This document shows, in pieces, positions 10,530 through 21,434 of a stretch of DNA of 64,000 bases. Positions within the stretch are counted from its first letter, which is position 1. The number at the start of each line of letters is the position of its first letter. Both the position numbers and the translations under genes were made by a program. Below the pieces are notes generated by a model. The model saw only the letters and a program-made list of their open reading frames with translations, had not been told where the DNA came from and did not search any database. The DNA is from Calditrichaceae bacterium (GTDB taxonomy: Bacteria; Calditrichota; Calditrichia; Calditrichales; JBFXGD01): positions 128,001 through 192,000 of the forward strand of contig JBFXLE010000001.1 in NCBI GenBank assembly GCA_050173015.1, read 5' to 3'.

Positions 10530-11927
10530 ATGAATAAATCATTAAACTTAGATATCGCGCTCGAGCTTTTGAAGAAATATGATCGTCCGGGTCCGAGATA
10601 TACAAGCTATCCGACAGCTCCCCATTTTCACGAAGGATTCGGATCAAAAGAGTTTGAAGAAGAAATTATACAAACGAACGAGGTTGGTCAGGACGGTGAC
10701 TTATCGCTCTATTTTCATTTGCCGTTTTGTCAATCACTTTGCTATTATTGCGCGTGTAATGTGATAATTACTCACAGCTCAGATCGTAAGGCATCCTATG
10801 TCGAATATTTGAAAAGAGAAATAGACGCTGTGAGCAGCAGAATAAATCCAAACAGAAAAGTCGTTCAGCTCCACTGGGGCGGGGGGACACCCACATATCT
10901 TTCAGCGGAGCAGATCGAAGATATCGCTATGTATATCCGCGACCATTTTAACTTTGCAACCGATGCAGAAGTAAGTATTGAAGTCGATCCAAGAGCTTTG
11001 ACTCCGGCCCATCTGCCGGTTTTGAGAAAGGTAGGATTTAACAGAATCAGCATGGGCGTACAGGATTTTGATCCCAAAGTACAGGAAGCGGTCAACCGGA
11101 TACAGCCGGAAGAGATGACTCGCGGAGTAATTCAGGAAAGCAGGGATCTTGGATTCGATTCGATCAATGTAGATCTGATTTACGGCCTGCCATTTCAAAC
11201 GGTCGATACCTTTGTCAAGTCAGTAGATAAAATTATCAAAATTTCACCGGATCGTTTGGCGGTTTTTAATTATGCCCATGTTCCCTGGATGAAGAAACAT
11301 CAGAACATAATTCAACCGGAAACACTTCCTTCAGCCGGCGAGAAATTGTCAATACTGAAGATGGTTATCGAAAAATTGACAGGCGCCGGATATGTAATGA
11401 TCGGGATGGATCATTTTGCAAAACCGGCTGACGAACTCAGTGTCGCCCTGAAGGAGAAAACGTTATACAGGAATTTCCAGGGATATACTACGCGGGCGGG
11501 CGCGGAAGTTTACGCCATGGGCATCACTTCTATCAGCCAGTTGCACAATGTCTATGCCCAGAATGTAAAGACAACTAAAGAATATGAAGAAATGATTGAC
11601 GATGGAAAGCTTCCCGTTTCTCTGGGGTACCGTCTAAATGATGACGATCAGGTGAGAAGACATGTCATTACAGAACTTATGTGCAATAATGTTGTTGAAA
11701 AAGCGGAGGTGAACAAAAAATATGGAATCGATTTTGACTCCTACTTTGCCGATTCCATAGCACAATTGGACGAGTTTGTAAATGACGGACTTATAAGCCT
11801 GCAGCCGGACCGGATTCAGGTTCATGAAAATGGCCGCCTGGTGGTGAGAAATATCGCCATGGCGTTTGACGCCTATCTGGAAGCTGATCGACAGAAACAA
11901 AAGCCAATTTACTCGAGAACAGTTTAA
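10530..11927 (+). CDS. hemN: oxygen-independent coproporphyrinogen III dehydrogenase
   Basis: GPRYTSYPTA, HLPFCQSLCYYCAC, RNFQGYTT. Confidence 0.96.
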   Translation: MNKSLNLDIALELLKKYDRPGPRYTSYPTAPHFHEGFGSKEFEEEIIQTNEVGQDGDLSLYFHLPFCQSLCYYCACNVIITHSSDRKASYVEYLKREIDAVSSRINPNRKVVQLHWGGGTPTYLSAEQIEDIAMYIRDHFNFATDAEVSIEVDPRALTPAHLPVLRKVGFNRISMGVQDFDPKVQEAVNRIQPEEMTRGVIQESRDLGFDSINVDLIYGLPFQTVDTFVKSVDKIIKISPDRLAVFNYAHVPWMKKHQNIIQPETLPSAGEKLSILKMVIEKLTGAGYVMIGMDHFAKPADELSVALKEKTLYRNFQGYTTRAGAEVYAMGITSISQLHNVYAQNVKTTKEYEEMIDDGKLPVSLGYRLNDDDQVRRHVITELMCNNVVEKAEVNKKYGIDFDSYFADSIAQLDEFVNDGLISLQPDRIQVHENGRLVVRNIAMAFDAYLEADRQKQKPIYSRTV

Positions 11928-11943
11928 TCAGGTGGATAAAATT

Positions 11944-13386
11944 ATGCTAAAGAATGAAACGACCGATACTGTCATTGTGGGGGCGGGTATATCGGGTCTT
12001 ACTACGGCGCGCAATTTGGTGAAAAAGGGAATAAAGGTAAAAATTCTCGAAAAAAACAGCGTTGCCGGCGGCTCGATCCGCACAGAGAAAAAAGACGGAT
12101 TCCTGGTTGAATACGGGCCAAACAGCGCGCTCGAAACCACACCGTTGCTCGGTGAGCTCTTCAAAGATCTGAAAATAGATCATCAGATGTTATATGCCAA
12201 TGAAAAATCCAATAATAGATATATTGTGCGCGGCGGGAAGCTTCAGGCCTTACCCATGAAACCGCTGGCTTTTTTAAAAAGCGGTCTTTTTTCGACGCGG
12301 GCAAAATTAAGGCTGTTTAAAGAACCGTTCATCGCGCCATCACCTGCCGAAACCCGTGAAACCCTTGCTCAGTTTGTGGAGCGACGTCTGGGGAAAGAAT
12401 TTCTGGATTACGCGATAGATCCGTTTGTGGCCGGTGTTTTTGCCGGATTACCGGAAAAATTATGCGTTCAGAGCGCGTTTCCAAAGCTTTACGAAGTGGA
12501 ACAAAAATACGGGAGTCTGATAAAAGGGACTATAAGGGGCGCCCGCGAAAGACGGAAAAGTAAAGAAACTTCAAAACAGCGCGCGAAAATGTTTTCATTT
12601 GAAGACGGGTTGCAGACCGTTATTGATGCGCTGGTAAATGAACTTGGAAACAATCTTGTTACTGAATCGCAAATCACGGGAATTTCAAAGATGAAGGATG
12701 GCGGTTACGAAGTTTCTTACCGGAACAGAGAAGAAGAGTTCCTGATCAGGACAAAATCGGTTTTGTTAACCGTGCCCGCTCATGTGTATGAAAAACTTCC
12801 CTTCCATTTTGAAGTGACTCCCGGAGCATTCTTCAAAACAATTCCCTATCCTCCTGTGACAATGGTTTTCTTTGGATACAGGAAAAAACCGGAAAATGTC
12901 AATCTTGACGGATTCGGATTTTTAATACCAAAAAAGGAAAATAAAAACATTCTTGGCTCCATCTGGAGCTCGACCATCTTTCCGAATCGCGCGCCGGAGG
13001 GAGGAGCGGCATTTACGACTTTTGTGGGCGGCAGCCGCCAGCCGGAAAACGCGATGCTGACCGAAGATAAGATTGCCGAAATGGTGGAAGAAGATTTTAA
13101 AAGCCTGATGGGAATAAATCAAAAGCCGGATGTGGTGGTGATTAAAAGATGGGAACAGGCGATTCCTCAATATAATCTTGAGCATATTGAAATGATCGGC
13201 TCGGTTGAAAAATTTGAAAAAAAGAATCCGGGTATGTTCATTTCCGGTAATTTCAGAGGCGGCATCTCGGTAGCCGATTGCGTAAAGCAGGCAGATGCGA
13301 TGAGTTTGACCGTTTCGGAATTTATAAACAGTGAAGTTGATAATATCAATTATCAAAATGTATCAAAAACGGGAACAGATAAATAA
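11944..13386 (+). CDS. hemY: protoporphyrinogen/coproporphyrinogen oxidase (HemY/PPOX family)
   Basis: VGAGISGL FAD motif, EYGPNS, GFGFLIP, AIPQY; ATG 11944 preferred over track start 11866. Confidence 0.9.
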   Translation: MLKNETTDTVIVGAGISGLTTARNLVKKGIKVKILEKNSVAGGSIRTEKKDGFLVEYGPNSALETTPLLGELFKDLKIDHQMLYANEKSNNRYIVRGGKLQALPMKPLAFLKSGLFSTRAKLRLFKEPFIAPSPAETRETLAQFVERRLGKEFLDYAIDPFVAGVFAGLPEKLCVQSAFPKLYEVEQKYGSLIKGTIRGARERRKSKETSKQRAKMFSFEDGLQTVIDALVNELGNNLVTESQITGISKMKDGGYEVSYRNREEEFLIRTKSVLLTVPAHVYEKLPFHFEVTPGAFFKTIPYPPVTMVFFGYRKKPENVNLDGFGFLIPKKENKNILGSIWSSTIFPNRAPEGGAAFTTFVGGSRQPENAMLTEDKIAEMVEEDFKSLMGINQKPDVVVIKRWEQAIPQYNLEHIEMIGSVEKFEKKNPGMFISGNFRGGISVADCVKQADAMSLTVSEFINSEVDNINYQNVSKTGTDK

Positions 13387-13430
13387 AATTTAAATCGATT
13401 TATTAGCCGAAAAAATATGGAGTACAGACG

Positions 13431-14420
13431 ATGTTCAAACCTTATTACAGACCTCGGCGTCTGCGCAGAAATCCGCAAATACGAAACCTTGTCCGTGAGA
13501 CGATTTTAACACCCGATGATTTGATCTTGCCATTATTTGTTGCCGCGGGTAAAGATATAAAAAAACCGATCAGCAGCATGCCGGGACATTTTCAGCTCTC
13601 ACTTGAACATCTTGTCAGTGAAGTAAAACAGATATGGGATAAAGGAATCCAATCCATTATTTTGTTTGGTATTCCCGAGCACAAAGATGCCTTTGGCACA
13701 GATGCCACCAGTGACGAGGGTATCATAGCGCAAGCGATCAGCGCAGTAAAGAAGGCTGTTCCGGATATGTATGTTATCTCGGATGTCTGTTTTTGTGAAT
13801 ATACCGATCACGGTCACTGCGGAGCGCTCGTGGGACATGATGTTGATAACGATGCCACGTTGGAGATGCTCCAGAAACAAGTGCTGGTTCAGGCGAAGCA
13901 TGGTGTCGATATGGTCGCTCCTTCGGGCATGATGGACGGAATGGTTGGGGCCATCCGTCAGGCGCTGGATGGTGAGGGGTACATCAATATTCCGATTATG
14001 AGCTATGCTGCGAAATACGCGTCCGGATTTTATGGACCGTTCCGTGAAGCGGCGGAATCAACTCCGGCGTTTGGTGACCGCAGCACCTATCAGATGGATC
14101 CTTCAAACGCGGATGAGGCCATGCGTGAAGTCGCGCTCGATGTGGAAGAGGGGGCGGATATTGTCATGGTTAAACCGGCCATGCCTTACCTGGATCTTAT
14201 CCATCGAATCAAAACCGAATTTAGAATGCCCACAGCCGCTTATCAGGTATCCGGTGAATTTGCCATGCTCAAAGCGGCGGCGGAAAAAGGCTGGCTGGAT
14301 CATGATCGCGTGATGATGGAATCACTGACTTCGATTAAGCGCGCAGGCGCGGATATGATTATTACTTATTTCGCCAAAGAAGTGATCGACGCGCTGGAGA
14401 AGAAGAAAAGTGGGAAGTAA
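13431..14420 (+). CDS. hemB: porphobilinogen synthase
   Basis: [30 protein letters not shown]. Confidence 0.97.
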   Translation: MFKPYYRPRRLRRNPQIRNLVRETILTPDDLILPLFVAAGKDIKKPISSMPGHFQLSLEHLVSEVKQIWDKGIQSIILFGIPEHKDAFGTDATSDEGIIAQAISAVKKAVPDMYVISDVCFCEYTDHGHCGALVGHDVDNDATLEMLQKQVLVQAKHGVDMVAPSGMMDGMVGAIRQALDGEGYINIPIMSYAAKYASGFYGPFREAAESTPAFGDRSTYQMDPSNADEAMREVALDVEEGADIVMVKPAMPYLDLIHRIKTEFRMPTAAYQVSGEFAMLKAAAEKGWLDHDRVMMESLTSIKRAGADMIITYFAKEVIDALEKKKSGK

Positions 14421-14615
14421 GAAGTAGGAAGTAAGAAGTAGGAAGTAAGAAGTTTAAGAAAAAAGATAAAAGAAAAAAGAAAAAAGAAAAAAGAGTGAAG
14501 AGTAGGGGCGTCTGAATCCGGGCAGGCGATGTCATAGTCAACCGCGGTGAAACCGGTTAATCTACCCGTATGTCATGCCGCAGGCATCTTTGGCTACCTT
14601 GGAAGGATGTAGAAC

Positions 14616-14639
14616 GTAGGGACAAGGCATGCCTTGTCC
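14616..14639 (+). repeat. GTAG-type REP-like palindrome
   Basis: GTAG followed by perfect 20-bp palindrome GGACAAGGCATGCCTTGTCC. Confidence 0.7.
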
Positions 14640-14794
14640 GGGAAGTAGGAAGTAAGAAGTAAGAAGTAGGAAGTAAGAAGTAGGAAGTAAGAAGTAAGAA
14701 GTAGGAAGTAAGAAGTAGGAAGTAAGAAGTAAGAAGTAAGAAGTAAGAAGTAAGAATTAAAGAGCGTTAAGAGAAAAGAGTGTAAGAGTTAAGA

Positions 14795-14817
14795 GTAGGG
14801 GCGCGATGCTCGCGCCC
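14795..14817 (+). repeat. GTAG-type REP-like palindrome
   Basis: GTAG followed by GGGCGCGA-TGC-TCGCGCCC hairpin. Confidence 0.7.
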
Positions 14818-14969
14818 AAGAAAAAGAGATAAGAAAAGAAGATTCAACTTTTGTGTTGTTGAAATCTTCGGGGAGATAATTTAACAGTTATCTAATGCTG
14901 GAATTTTGATCAGATTTTGATTGCTGGCAAACAGTCTTTGGAAAATATAATGTAATAACGGAGTTTTGC

Positions 14970-16259
14970 ATGTTATCACAGGATAAAAGTAAAAAATTAT
15001 TTGAAAGATCACAAAAAGTTACTCCCGGCGGGGTAAATTCACCTGTCCGCGCGTTCAAATCGGTGGAAGGAACTCCCGTTTATTTTTCTCACGGGAAAGG
15101 GTCCCACACGTTTGATGTTGATGGCAATGACTATATTGATTATGTGGGATCGTGGGGTCCGCTTATTGTAGGATACTCACACCCGCGAATTATTTCGGCC
15201 TTAAAAGAAGAAGCTGAGAAGGCGACTAGTTTTGGAGCGCCGACCGAGCTGGAAATTGAACTGGCGGAACTCATCACAGAGATAATGCCTTCTGTTGAAA
15301 TGGTACGAATGGTAAACTCGGGTACGGAAGCCACAATGAGCGCTGTCCGTTTAGCAAGGGGATATACGGGGCGTCATAAAATTATTAAATTCAGTGGCTG
15401 CTACCATGGGCACAGCGACAGTTTTCTTATTCAGGCCGGATCGGGAATGACGACACTCGGCACACCTAATAGTCCCGGGGTGACTCCTTCTACAGCCGAG
15501 GACACGTTGATCGCTCGATACAATGATCTGGGTTCTGTTAAGGAATGGATTTCAAAGTTTCCGGATCAGATCGCGGCAATCATTGTGGAACCTGTGGCGG
15601 GTAATATGGGCGTTATTCCTCCGGTGGAGGGTTTTCTTGAGGGTTTACGCAAGGTGACAACTGATAACGGGATAGTGCTAATTTTTGATGAAGTGATGAC
15701 CGGTTTCAGGGTGGCCAGAGGCGGCGCTCAGGAGGTTTATAACATAAAGCCGGATTTGACAACTCTTGGTAAAATCATCGGAGGTGGAATGCCGGTGGGC
15801 GCCTATGGCGGTAAAAAAGAAATTATGGAGCAGATATCACCGGCCGGTCCCGTCTATCAGGCCGGTACACTATCCGGAAATCCGCTTGCAATGAGAGCCG
15901 GTTTGGAAACGTTAAGGATTCTAAACGAGCCCGGTTTCTATGAGACGCTGGAGGAAAAGGCAAAATTATTAGACAACGGGATCCGTGAAAATCTAAAACG
16001 TCTAGGAATGCCATTATATCAGACCAGAGTTGGTTCCATGGGTTGCCTGTTTTTTAATACTGAAATAGTGCATGATTATGATAGCGCCGTACGATCGAAT
16101 ACAAAAAAATACGCGAAATACTTCTGGAATATGCTGGAAGAAGGGGTGTACCTGGCGCCTTCACAGTTTGAAGCGTTCTTCATCTCCGCGGCGCATTCGC
16201 AAAATGATATTCAAAAAACCATCGAAGCAAACTACCGCGCGTTAAAAAAAGTGATTTAG
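14970..16259 (+). CDS. hemL: glutamate-1-semialdehyde 2,1-aminomutase
   Basis: [37 protein letters not shown]. Confidence 0.97.
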   Translation: MLSQDKSKKLFERSQKVTPGGVNSPVRAFKSVEGTPVYFSHGKGSHTFDVDGNDYIDYVGSWGPLIVGYSHPRIISALKEEAEKATSFGAPTELEIELAELITEIMPSVEMVRMVNSGTEATMSAVRLARGYTGRHKIIKFSGCYHGHSDSFLIQAGSGMTTLGTPNSPGVTPSTAEDTLIARYNDLGSVKEWISKFPDQIAAIIVEPVAGNMGVIPPVEGFLEGLRKVTTDNGIVLIFDEVMTGFRVARGGAQEVYNIKPDLTTLGKIIGGGMPVGAYGGKKEIMEQISPAGPVYQAGTLSGNPLAMRAGLETLRILNEPGFYETLEEKAKLLDNGIRENLKRLGMPLYQTRVGSMGCLFFNTEIVHDYDSAVRSNTKKYAKYFWNMLEEGVYLAPSQFEAFFISAAHSQNDIQKTIEANYRALKKVI

Positions 16260-16325
16260 GGATTTGTTGCTCAAAAATGTATTATTAGCATCAAAATAGC
16301 TATGCATTAAATACCCTGATATTTG

Positions 16326-16362
16326 AAACCGTTGGCTGCCTGGACAGTCAGCGGTTTTTTTT
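16326..16362 (+). terminator. intrinsic terminator of the heme operon
   Basis: AACCGTTGGCTG...CAGTCAGCGGTT stem (with G-U pairs) plus T8. Confidence 0.7.
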
Positions 16363-16475
16363 GAATCGCGTAATAAGGTATTTGTTAAAGTTAAAAAAAT
16401 AAATTGCAAAAGAGCGGCATTTTTTTAAAATTACGCTTCGACTTTGATTTACTGAAACAATATACAGAGGATGAT

Positions 16476-18644
16476 ATGACTGATTCGGAAATGCTTCAAT
16501 TAATAGCCGGGGAACTGGAACTAAACCTTATCCAGGTAAAAAATACGGTGGAATTATTAGACACAGGGAATACGGTTCCATTCATTTCACGATACCGTAA
16601 AGAAGTCACCGGTTCACTGGATGAAAATCAGATACGTGATATTGAAGAGCGAATTCAATATTTAAGAGCTTTAGAAGCGCGAAAAGAAACGATCCTTAAA
16701 TCTATCGATGAGCAGGGAAAACTTACTCCGGAGTTAAAGGGAAAGATATTAAAGGCCCTGAAGTTGCAGGAAGTGGAAGATCTTTATCTGCCCTATAAGC
16801 CAAAGAAAAGAACACGCGCGACCGTTGCCAGGGAGAAGGGACTTCAACCGTTAGCGGATATGATACTAAATCAGGAAATCATTTCGGGCATTCCGGAAGA
16901 TTACGCCGCGCAGTACGTTAATCCCGATAAAGAAGTGAACACTGCCGAAGATGCCTTGAACGGGGCAATGGATATAGTCGCGGAAACGGTAAGTGATGAC
17001 GCCGATGTGCGAAAAGTAACCCGGAAAATCACATTTGATGACGGGTTGATTATTGTCGAAGGTAAAAAGATGCAGGAACGCACGCCATATGAGATGTATT
17101 ATGATTATTCCGAAGCTGTTTCAAAGATTCCACCGCATAGGATTCTGGCCATCAATCGGGGCGAAACAGAGGGAATTTTAAAAGTTTCATTCGATGTTCA
17201 GATAGAAAGAATAACGTCTGAAATCGAACACCTGTATATCAAAAATAAGGCGTCTATTTTTACGGAGCAGCTGAGTTTGGCCATAAAGGACAGCTACAAT
17301 CGCCTGGTGGCTCCTTCCATTTTTCGTGAAGTCCGGACGGCTTTGACTGAAAAAGCGGATGAACACGCGATTAGCGTATTTGCCACTAATTTAAAAAATC
17401 TGTTATTACAGCCGCCTGTGAGGGGAAAAATGATTATGGGGATCGATCCCGGTTTCAGGACCGGATCAAAGGTTGCCGTAATTGACAAAACCGGAAAATA
17501 TCTGGAAGGTACAACCATTTATCCTCATCCGCCGCAGCAGAAGTATTTTGAAGCAAAATCAACGGTTAGAAGTCTTGTCAATAAATATGGTGTCGATATC
17601 ATAGCTATCGGTAATGGAACGGCCAGCCGTGAGACGGAGCAGATGATTGCAGATGTCATTGCTGAAATGAAAGACGAAAAGAAGCTGTCATATATCATCG
17701 TCAGTGAAGCGGGAGCATCGGTCTATTCCGCTTCAAAGGTTGCTCAGGAAGAATTTCCTGATCTTGAAGCCAGCATGCGCGGAAATATTTCCATTGCCCG
17801 GCGATTGCTTGATCCGCTGGCAGAACTCGTAAAAATTGATCCGAAAAGCATCGGGGTCGGACTTTATCAGCATGATGTAAACCAGAGAAAACTGGCACAT
17901 ACATTGGGTCAGGTTGTTGAGTCAGGAGTGAATTCAGTCGGCGTGAATCTCAATACCGCTTCCGCATCCCTCTTAAGATATGTTTCGGGACTTACGAGCA
18001 GGACGGCTGAAAACATTGTAAAACACCGTGATAATAATGGCCCGTTCAGAGATAGAAGTGAGTTGAAGACCGTGGATGGGATTGGCGCCGTCGCGTTTGA
18101 ACAGGCCGCGGGATTTTTACGTATTCCCGATGGTGATAACTCACTGGACAATACTTCCATACACCCTGAATCATATAATGCCACAAAAATGATGCTCCAA
18201 AAATTCCAGATTTCGGACATAAGGGAGGAAGGCAAGAAGCTCAGATCTAAAATCAATAGCGAAAAAATAGAATTATCTGATTTGCTTGCAGAGCTTGGAA
18301 TCGGTGAGCCGACGTTCAGAGATATCCTTCTAAATCTGGAAAAACCCGGCCTGGATCCTCGTGACGAGATGCCCAAGCCGATACTTAAAAGCGATGTTTT
18401 AAAAATGGAAGATCTCAAAGAAGGAATGGTTCTTAAAGGGACGGTTCGCAATGTTGTTGATTTTGGGGCGTTTGTCGATATTGGCGTCAAACAGGATGGA
18501 CTGGTTCATATCAGCCGCATGGCCAAGCGCTATGTAAAAAATCCCATGGAAGTGTTGGCCGTGGGTGATGTAATAGATGTGAAGGTGGTGTCTATCGACT
18601 TTGAACGGGGTCGCATCGGGTTGACAACGGTCCTGGAAGATTAA
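16476..18644 (+). CDS. tex: Tex family RNA-binding transcription accessory protein
   Basis: TVPFISRYRKE, GIDPGFRTG, SEAGASVYSAS, IGVGLYQHDV, C-terminal S1; ATG 16476 follows GAGG. Confidence 0.93.
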   Translation: MTDSEMLQLIAGELELNLIQVKNTVELLDTGNTVPFISRYRKEVTGSLDENQIRDIEERIQYLRALEARKETILKSIDEQGKLTPELKGKILKALKLQEVEDLYLPYKPKKRTRATVAREKGLQPLADMILNQEIISGIPEDYAAQYVNPDKEVNTAEDALNGAMDIVAETVSDDADVRKVTRKITFDDGLIIVEGKKMQERTPYEMYYDYSEAVSKIPPHRILAINRGETEGILKVSFDVQIERITSEIEHLYIKNKASIFTEQLSLAIKDSYNRLVAPSIFREVRTALTEKADEHAISVFATNLKNLLLQPPVRGKMIMGIDPGFRTGSKVAVIDKTGKYLEGTTIYPHPPQQKYFEAKSTVRSLVNKYGVDIIAIGNGTASRETEQMIADVIAEMKDEKKLSYIIVSEAGASVYSASKVAQEEFPDLEASMRGNISIARRLLDPLAELVKIDPKSIGVGLYQHDVNQRKLAHTLGQVVESGVNSVGVNLNTASASLLRYVSGLTSRTAENIVKHRDNNGPFRDRSELKTVDGIGAVAFEQAAGFLRIPDGDNSLDNTSIHPESYNATKMMLQKFQISDIREEGKKLRSKINSEKIELSDLLAELGIGEPTFRDILLNLEKPGLDPRDEMPKPILKSDVLKMEDLKEGMVLKGTVRNVVDFGAFVDIGVKQDGLVHISRMAKRYVKNPMEVLAVGDVIDVKVVSIDFERGRIGLTTVLED

Positions 18645-18678
18645 AAAAAAAGACTCACGAGTGCGTGAGTCTTTTTTT
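18645..18678. terminator. bidirectional intrinsic terminator
   Basis: A-tract-GACTCACG-AGTG-CGTGAGTC-T-tract between convergent genes. Confidence 0.85.
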
Positions 18679-18686
18679 AAGATGCA

Positions 18687-19064
18687 TCAGGATTCATTAA
18701 TCAGTTCCTGAACCATATCTTTCAGTTGAGTGATTGTAAACGGCTTTTTCAAAAAACGTTGTCGGGTGTTCATGGGAGTGTCCGCAAACGACTGGTCATT
18801 TTCAAATCCGGACATAAAGATCGCGAGAGCATCCGGCAGGAATTTCTCGACCTGCTTATAAGTCTCCTCTCCAGACATATTGGGCATATACATATCAATT
18901 AACAGCAAACCGATTTCTTCCTTGTGTTTGGAAACAAGCTCAATTGCTTCAAATCCGCTGCTTGCCTGGAAAGATGTAATATCCATTAAGGACAACACTT
19001 CTGCTATTATTTCCCGAAGCGCTTCTTCATCATCCACAATTAAAGCTATTTTAACGTCGCGCAA
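18687..19064 (-). CDS. single-domain response regulator receiver
   Basis: LIVDDE, LIDMYMPNMSG, FMSG, FLKKPF; TTG start. Confidence 0.88.
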   Translation of the reverse strand: MRDVKIALIVDDEEALREIIAEVLSLMDITSFQASSGFEAIELVSKHKEEIGLLLIDMYMPNMSGEETYKQVEKFLPDALAIFMSGFENDQSFADTPMNTRQRFLKKPFTITQLKDMVQELINES

Positions 19065-19211
19065 AAGTTGCTACCTATATAATTAAACTTATTATAAACA
19101 GATATTATATTCTTTTGAATTTTTCAAAATTAAGTGAAAAAGTAATTATATCCAAATTTGATTACCTAAAATCCGAAATAATTATACCCGAACCAATCAG
19201 TTCAATGTTTA

Positions 19212-21371
19212 TTATTTTTCACTCATAGTTGTCACACCATCCCAATCCGGACTGGGGCTCGTAAATTTGAAATCAATACATCTTTTTCGATACATTTGAG
19301 ACGGATAATCCTCAGGGACCAATTTGAGACAATATTCAAACAAATCTATGGCCTCTTTCCAGTTTTGTTTTCTGTATTCTATGATTCCTTTATGATATAA
19401 TTCAAGCATTTCCAGATAATTTTGATTCAGAGAAGCGCTTCTTTCGGCGATTAATTCGAAAACCTCAATCGGTTTCTGTTTTCCTTTTACTCTTATCAGA
19501 TCAAGGGGACGTGTAAAAAAATCGTTTTTTATAATGTCATGCGTGAATTCACTGATCATAATTTCCGTCCCGTAAAATTTGTTCGCGCCTTCCAGACGGG
19601 AACCTAAATTGACGTGATCACCCATGACGGTATAATCAAAAACATTTTTTGATCCCATATTCCCAACGATAACTTCACCGGTATTAATTCCTATTCTGGC
19701 CCGGAGCATAGGTTTGTTTTCTTTTTTCCAGTCAGCGCGAAGTTTTTCCAGCTGACGCTGCATTTCAAGAGCAGCGACGCAGCCGGCTCTGGCGTGTTTC
19801 TCATAAAAAACAGGCACCCCAAATTCTGCCATGATCGCGTCACCTTCATATTTATCAATAATTCCGTCATTCTTCAGAACAATATCTGTCATCGATGTGA
19901 GATATTCGTTCAGCAATGATACAAGCTGCCGTGGGGATAGTTTTTCGGAAATGGTTGTAAATCCCACCACATCAGAGAACAGAACAGTCACAACGCGCTC
20001 TTCGCCGCCGAGTGTTAATTTATCGGGATTATTGATGATATCCTGTACCACTTTTTCAGGAACATAATGCGCAAATGCTCCCCGCAAGACGCGTTTTTCG
20101 CGCTGGGACAACAGATACTGATAAACGGTATTACCGACAAAGCTGAATAATATGACCAGTACCGGACTCACAACCTGCAGGAAAATATTAAACTGCTTAA
20201 AAGCGAATACTGAGATAAGGACATACCCGATGGTTACAACGATGGTCACAAACAAGCCCCAGGTTGTATGAACAAAGCGTGTAATAAAAAACACACCGAC
20301 GGCCAAAATAAACATAATCAAAAGACTGACGCTTAAAGACGGCGTTATCAGATAATTATTTTCAAGAATGGCAAGTATGGCATTTGCATGAATTTCCACT
20401 CCCGGCATTTCGGTTTTTACCTGTGCTCCTTCCGCTGAATAATGTTCGAGAAACGGGGTGGGAAAATTATCATGAAGTTCATGCATCGTCGATCCGATGA
20501 GCACGATTTTATCTTTAAATTTTCCTGAATATTTTAGACCCGCCGGAATGCCCAGTTCCGGGTCACCGGGATCATCAAATGAATCAATGTCATACTCGTC
20601 CCGAAGATCAAAATCTTCATCGTCAAGAATGCTGTCAAAGGAATAATAAGGGAACGTAAACGCCGGGCCTTTATAATTAATCAGGAAGCTGTTTGGATCG
20701 TATTTTGGAATCTTATATCCGGACAAATAGAAAAAATTTTTATCCGTTTTTAAGGCATTGGATTTGTTAGTTCCTTCCTTCGCGCGAATCATCTGCGCGG
20801 CAAAAGAAGGCAATAAAGAGTCGTTGTATTGTTGACCGACAAGGTAGCGTCTGTAAAAACCATCAATATCCGCCTCTATAGCCACCAGACCCCAGGAGGT
20901 GTTGCCGGATAAAAATTTCTCGTAAGGCGGAATGATGGTTGTGTATGTATAATTCTGTGAAGTCTGGAGCAGTTTTCCCACCAGAACCACATTATCATAT
21001 AACGAGAGTACGCGTGTAAGTTCATCATCCTGATCAGGACCGTATTTATCAGGTTGATCAAAAATAACATCGACTCCGATCGCTGCGGCCCCCGCTTCTT
21101 CAAGGTTCTCAATAACGTGAGCAAAATAAGATCGCGGCCACGGCCAGCGGTGTGGTGTCGATTCGTCAGACTGGTCATCAATTCCAACGATCACCACCGG
21201 ACTGTCCTCAAGAGATTCAGGTCCGCGCAGCGCGAAACGCAGATCCAGAAGCTTTAGTTCAAGAGTCTGAAATGTGGTGGTATAGCTTAAAAGAAAAGCC
21301 AGAGACACCGACAATACTATAACAAGGAGAAAAATAAAAGGATTATATTTAGACATTGATGTTTTCATCAT
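19212..21371 (-). CDS. CHASE2-domain class III adenylate cyclase
   Basis: CHASE2 (RWPWPRS, GVDVIF, MPGVEIHAN), three TM segments, cyclase motifs FSDVVGFT, DKYEGDA, DYTVMGDHVNLGSRLEG. Confidence 0.92.
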   Translation of the reverse strand: MMKTSMSKYNPFIFLLVIVLSVSLAFLLSYTTTFQTLELKLLDLRFALRGPESLEDSPVVIVGIDDQSDESTPHRWPWPRSYFAHVIENLEEAGAAAIGVDVIFDQPDKYGPDQDDELTRVLSLYDNVVLVGKLLQTSQNYTYTTIIPPYEKFLSGNTSWGLVAIEADIDGFYRRYLVGQQYNDSLLPSFAAQMIRAKEGTNKSNALKTDKNFFYLSGYKIPKYDPNSFLINYKGPAFTFPYYSFDSILDDEDFDLRDEYDIDSFDDPGDPELGIPAGLKYSGKFKDKIVLIGSTMHELHDNFPTPFLEHYSAEGAQVKTEMPGVEIHANAILAILENNYLITPSLSVSLLIMFILAVGVFFITRFVHTTWGLFVTIVVTIGYVLISVFAFKQFNIFLQVVSPVLVILFSFVGNTVYQYLLSQREKRVLRGAFAHYVPEKVVQDIINNPDKLTLGGEERVVTVLFSDVVGFTTISEKLSPRQLVSLLNEYLTSMTDIVLKNDGIIDKYEGDAIMAEFGVPVFYEKHARAGCVAALEMQRQLEKLRADWKKENKPMLRARIGINTGEVIVGNMGSKNVFDYTVMGDHVNLGSRLEGANKFYGTEIMISEFTHDIIKNDFFTRPLDLIRVKGKQKPIEVFELIAERSASLNQNYLEMLELYHKGIIEYRKQNWKEAIDLFEYCLKLVPEDYPSQMYRKRCIDFKFTSPSPDWDGVTTMSEK

Positions 21372-21390
21372 TCAAACCTATGGGTGATTG

Positions 21391-21420
21391 ATAAAAAATA
21401 AAGGTTCCCTTTCGGGAACC
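21391..21420 (-). terminator. terminator-like hairpin upstream of the cyclase
   Basis: Minus strand reads GGTTCCC-GAAA-GGGAACC-TTTATTTTTT. Confidence 0.65.
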
Positions 21421-21434
21421 CATGTCATTAGATG

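Larger units (their letters stand above)
14412..14840. repeat. purine-rich heptamer tandem repeats ((A/G)GAAGTA)n with embedded palindromes
   Basis: GGAAGTA/AGAAGTA arrays at ~14412-14455 and ~14641-14757, plus A/G-rich tracts. Confidence 0.9.

Noticed and set aside
14412-14840. Coding low-complexity protein or CRISPR in the hemB-hemL spacer
   Set aside because: The heptamers contain TAA/TAG cycling through all plus frames, and there is no repeat-spacer structure
6083-18490. Long antisense ORFs (e.g. 6083-6685, 9299-9760, 17909-18490)
   Set aside because: They lie opposite well-conserved genes and show no recognisable motifs
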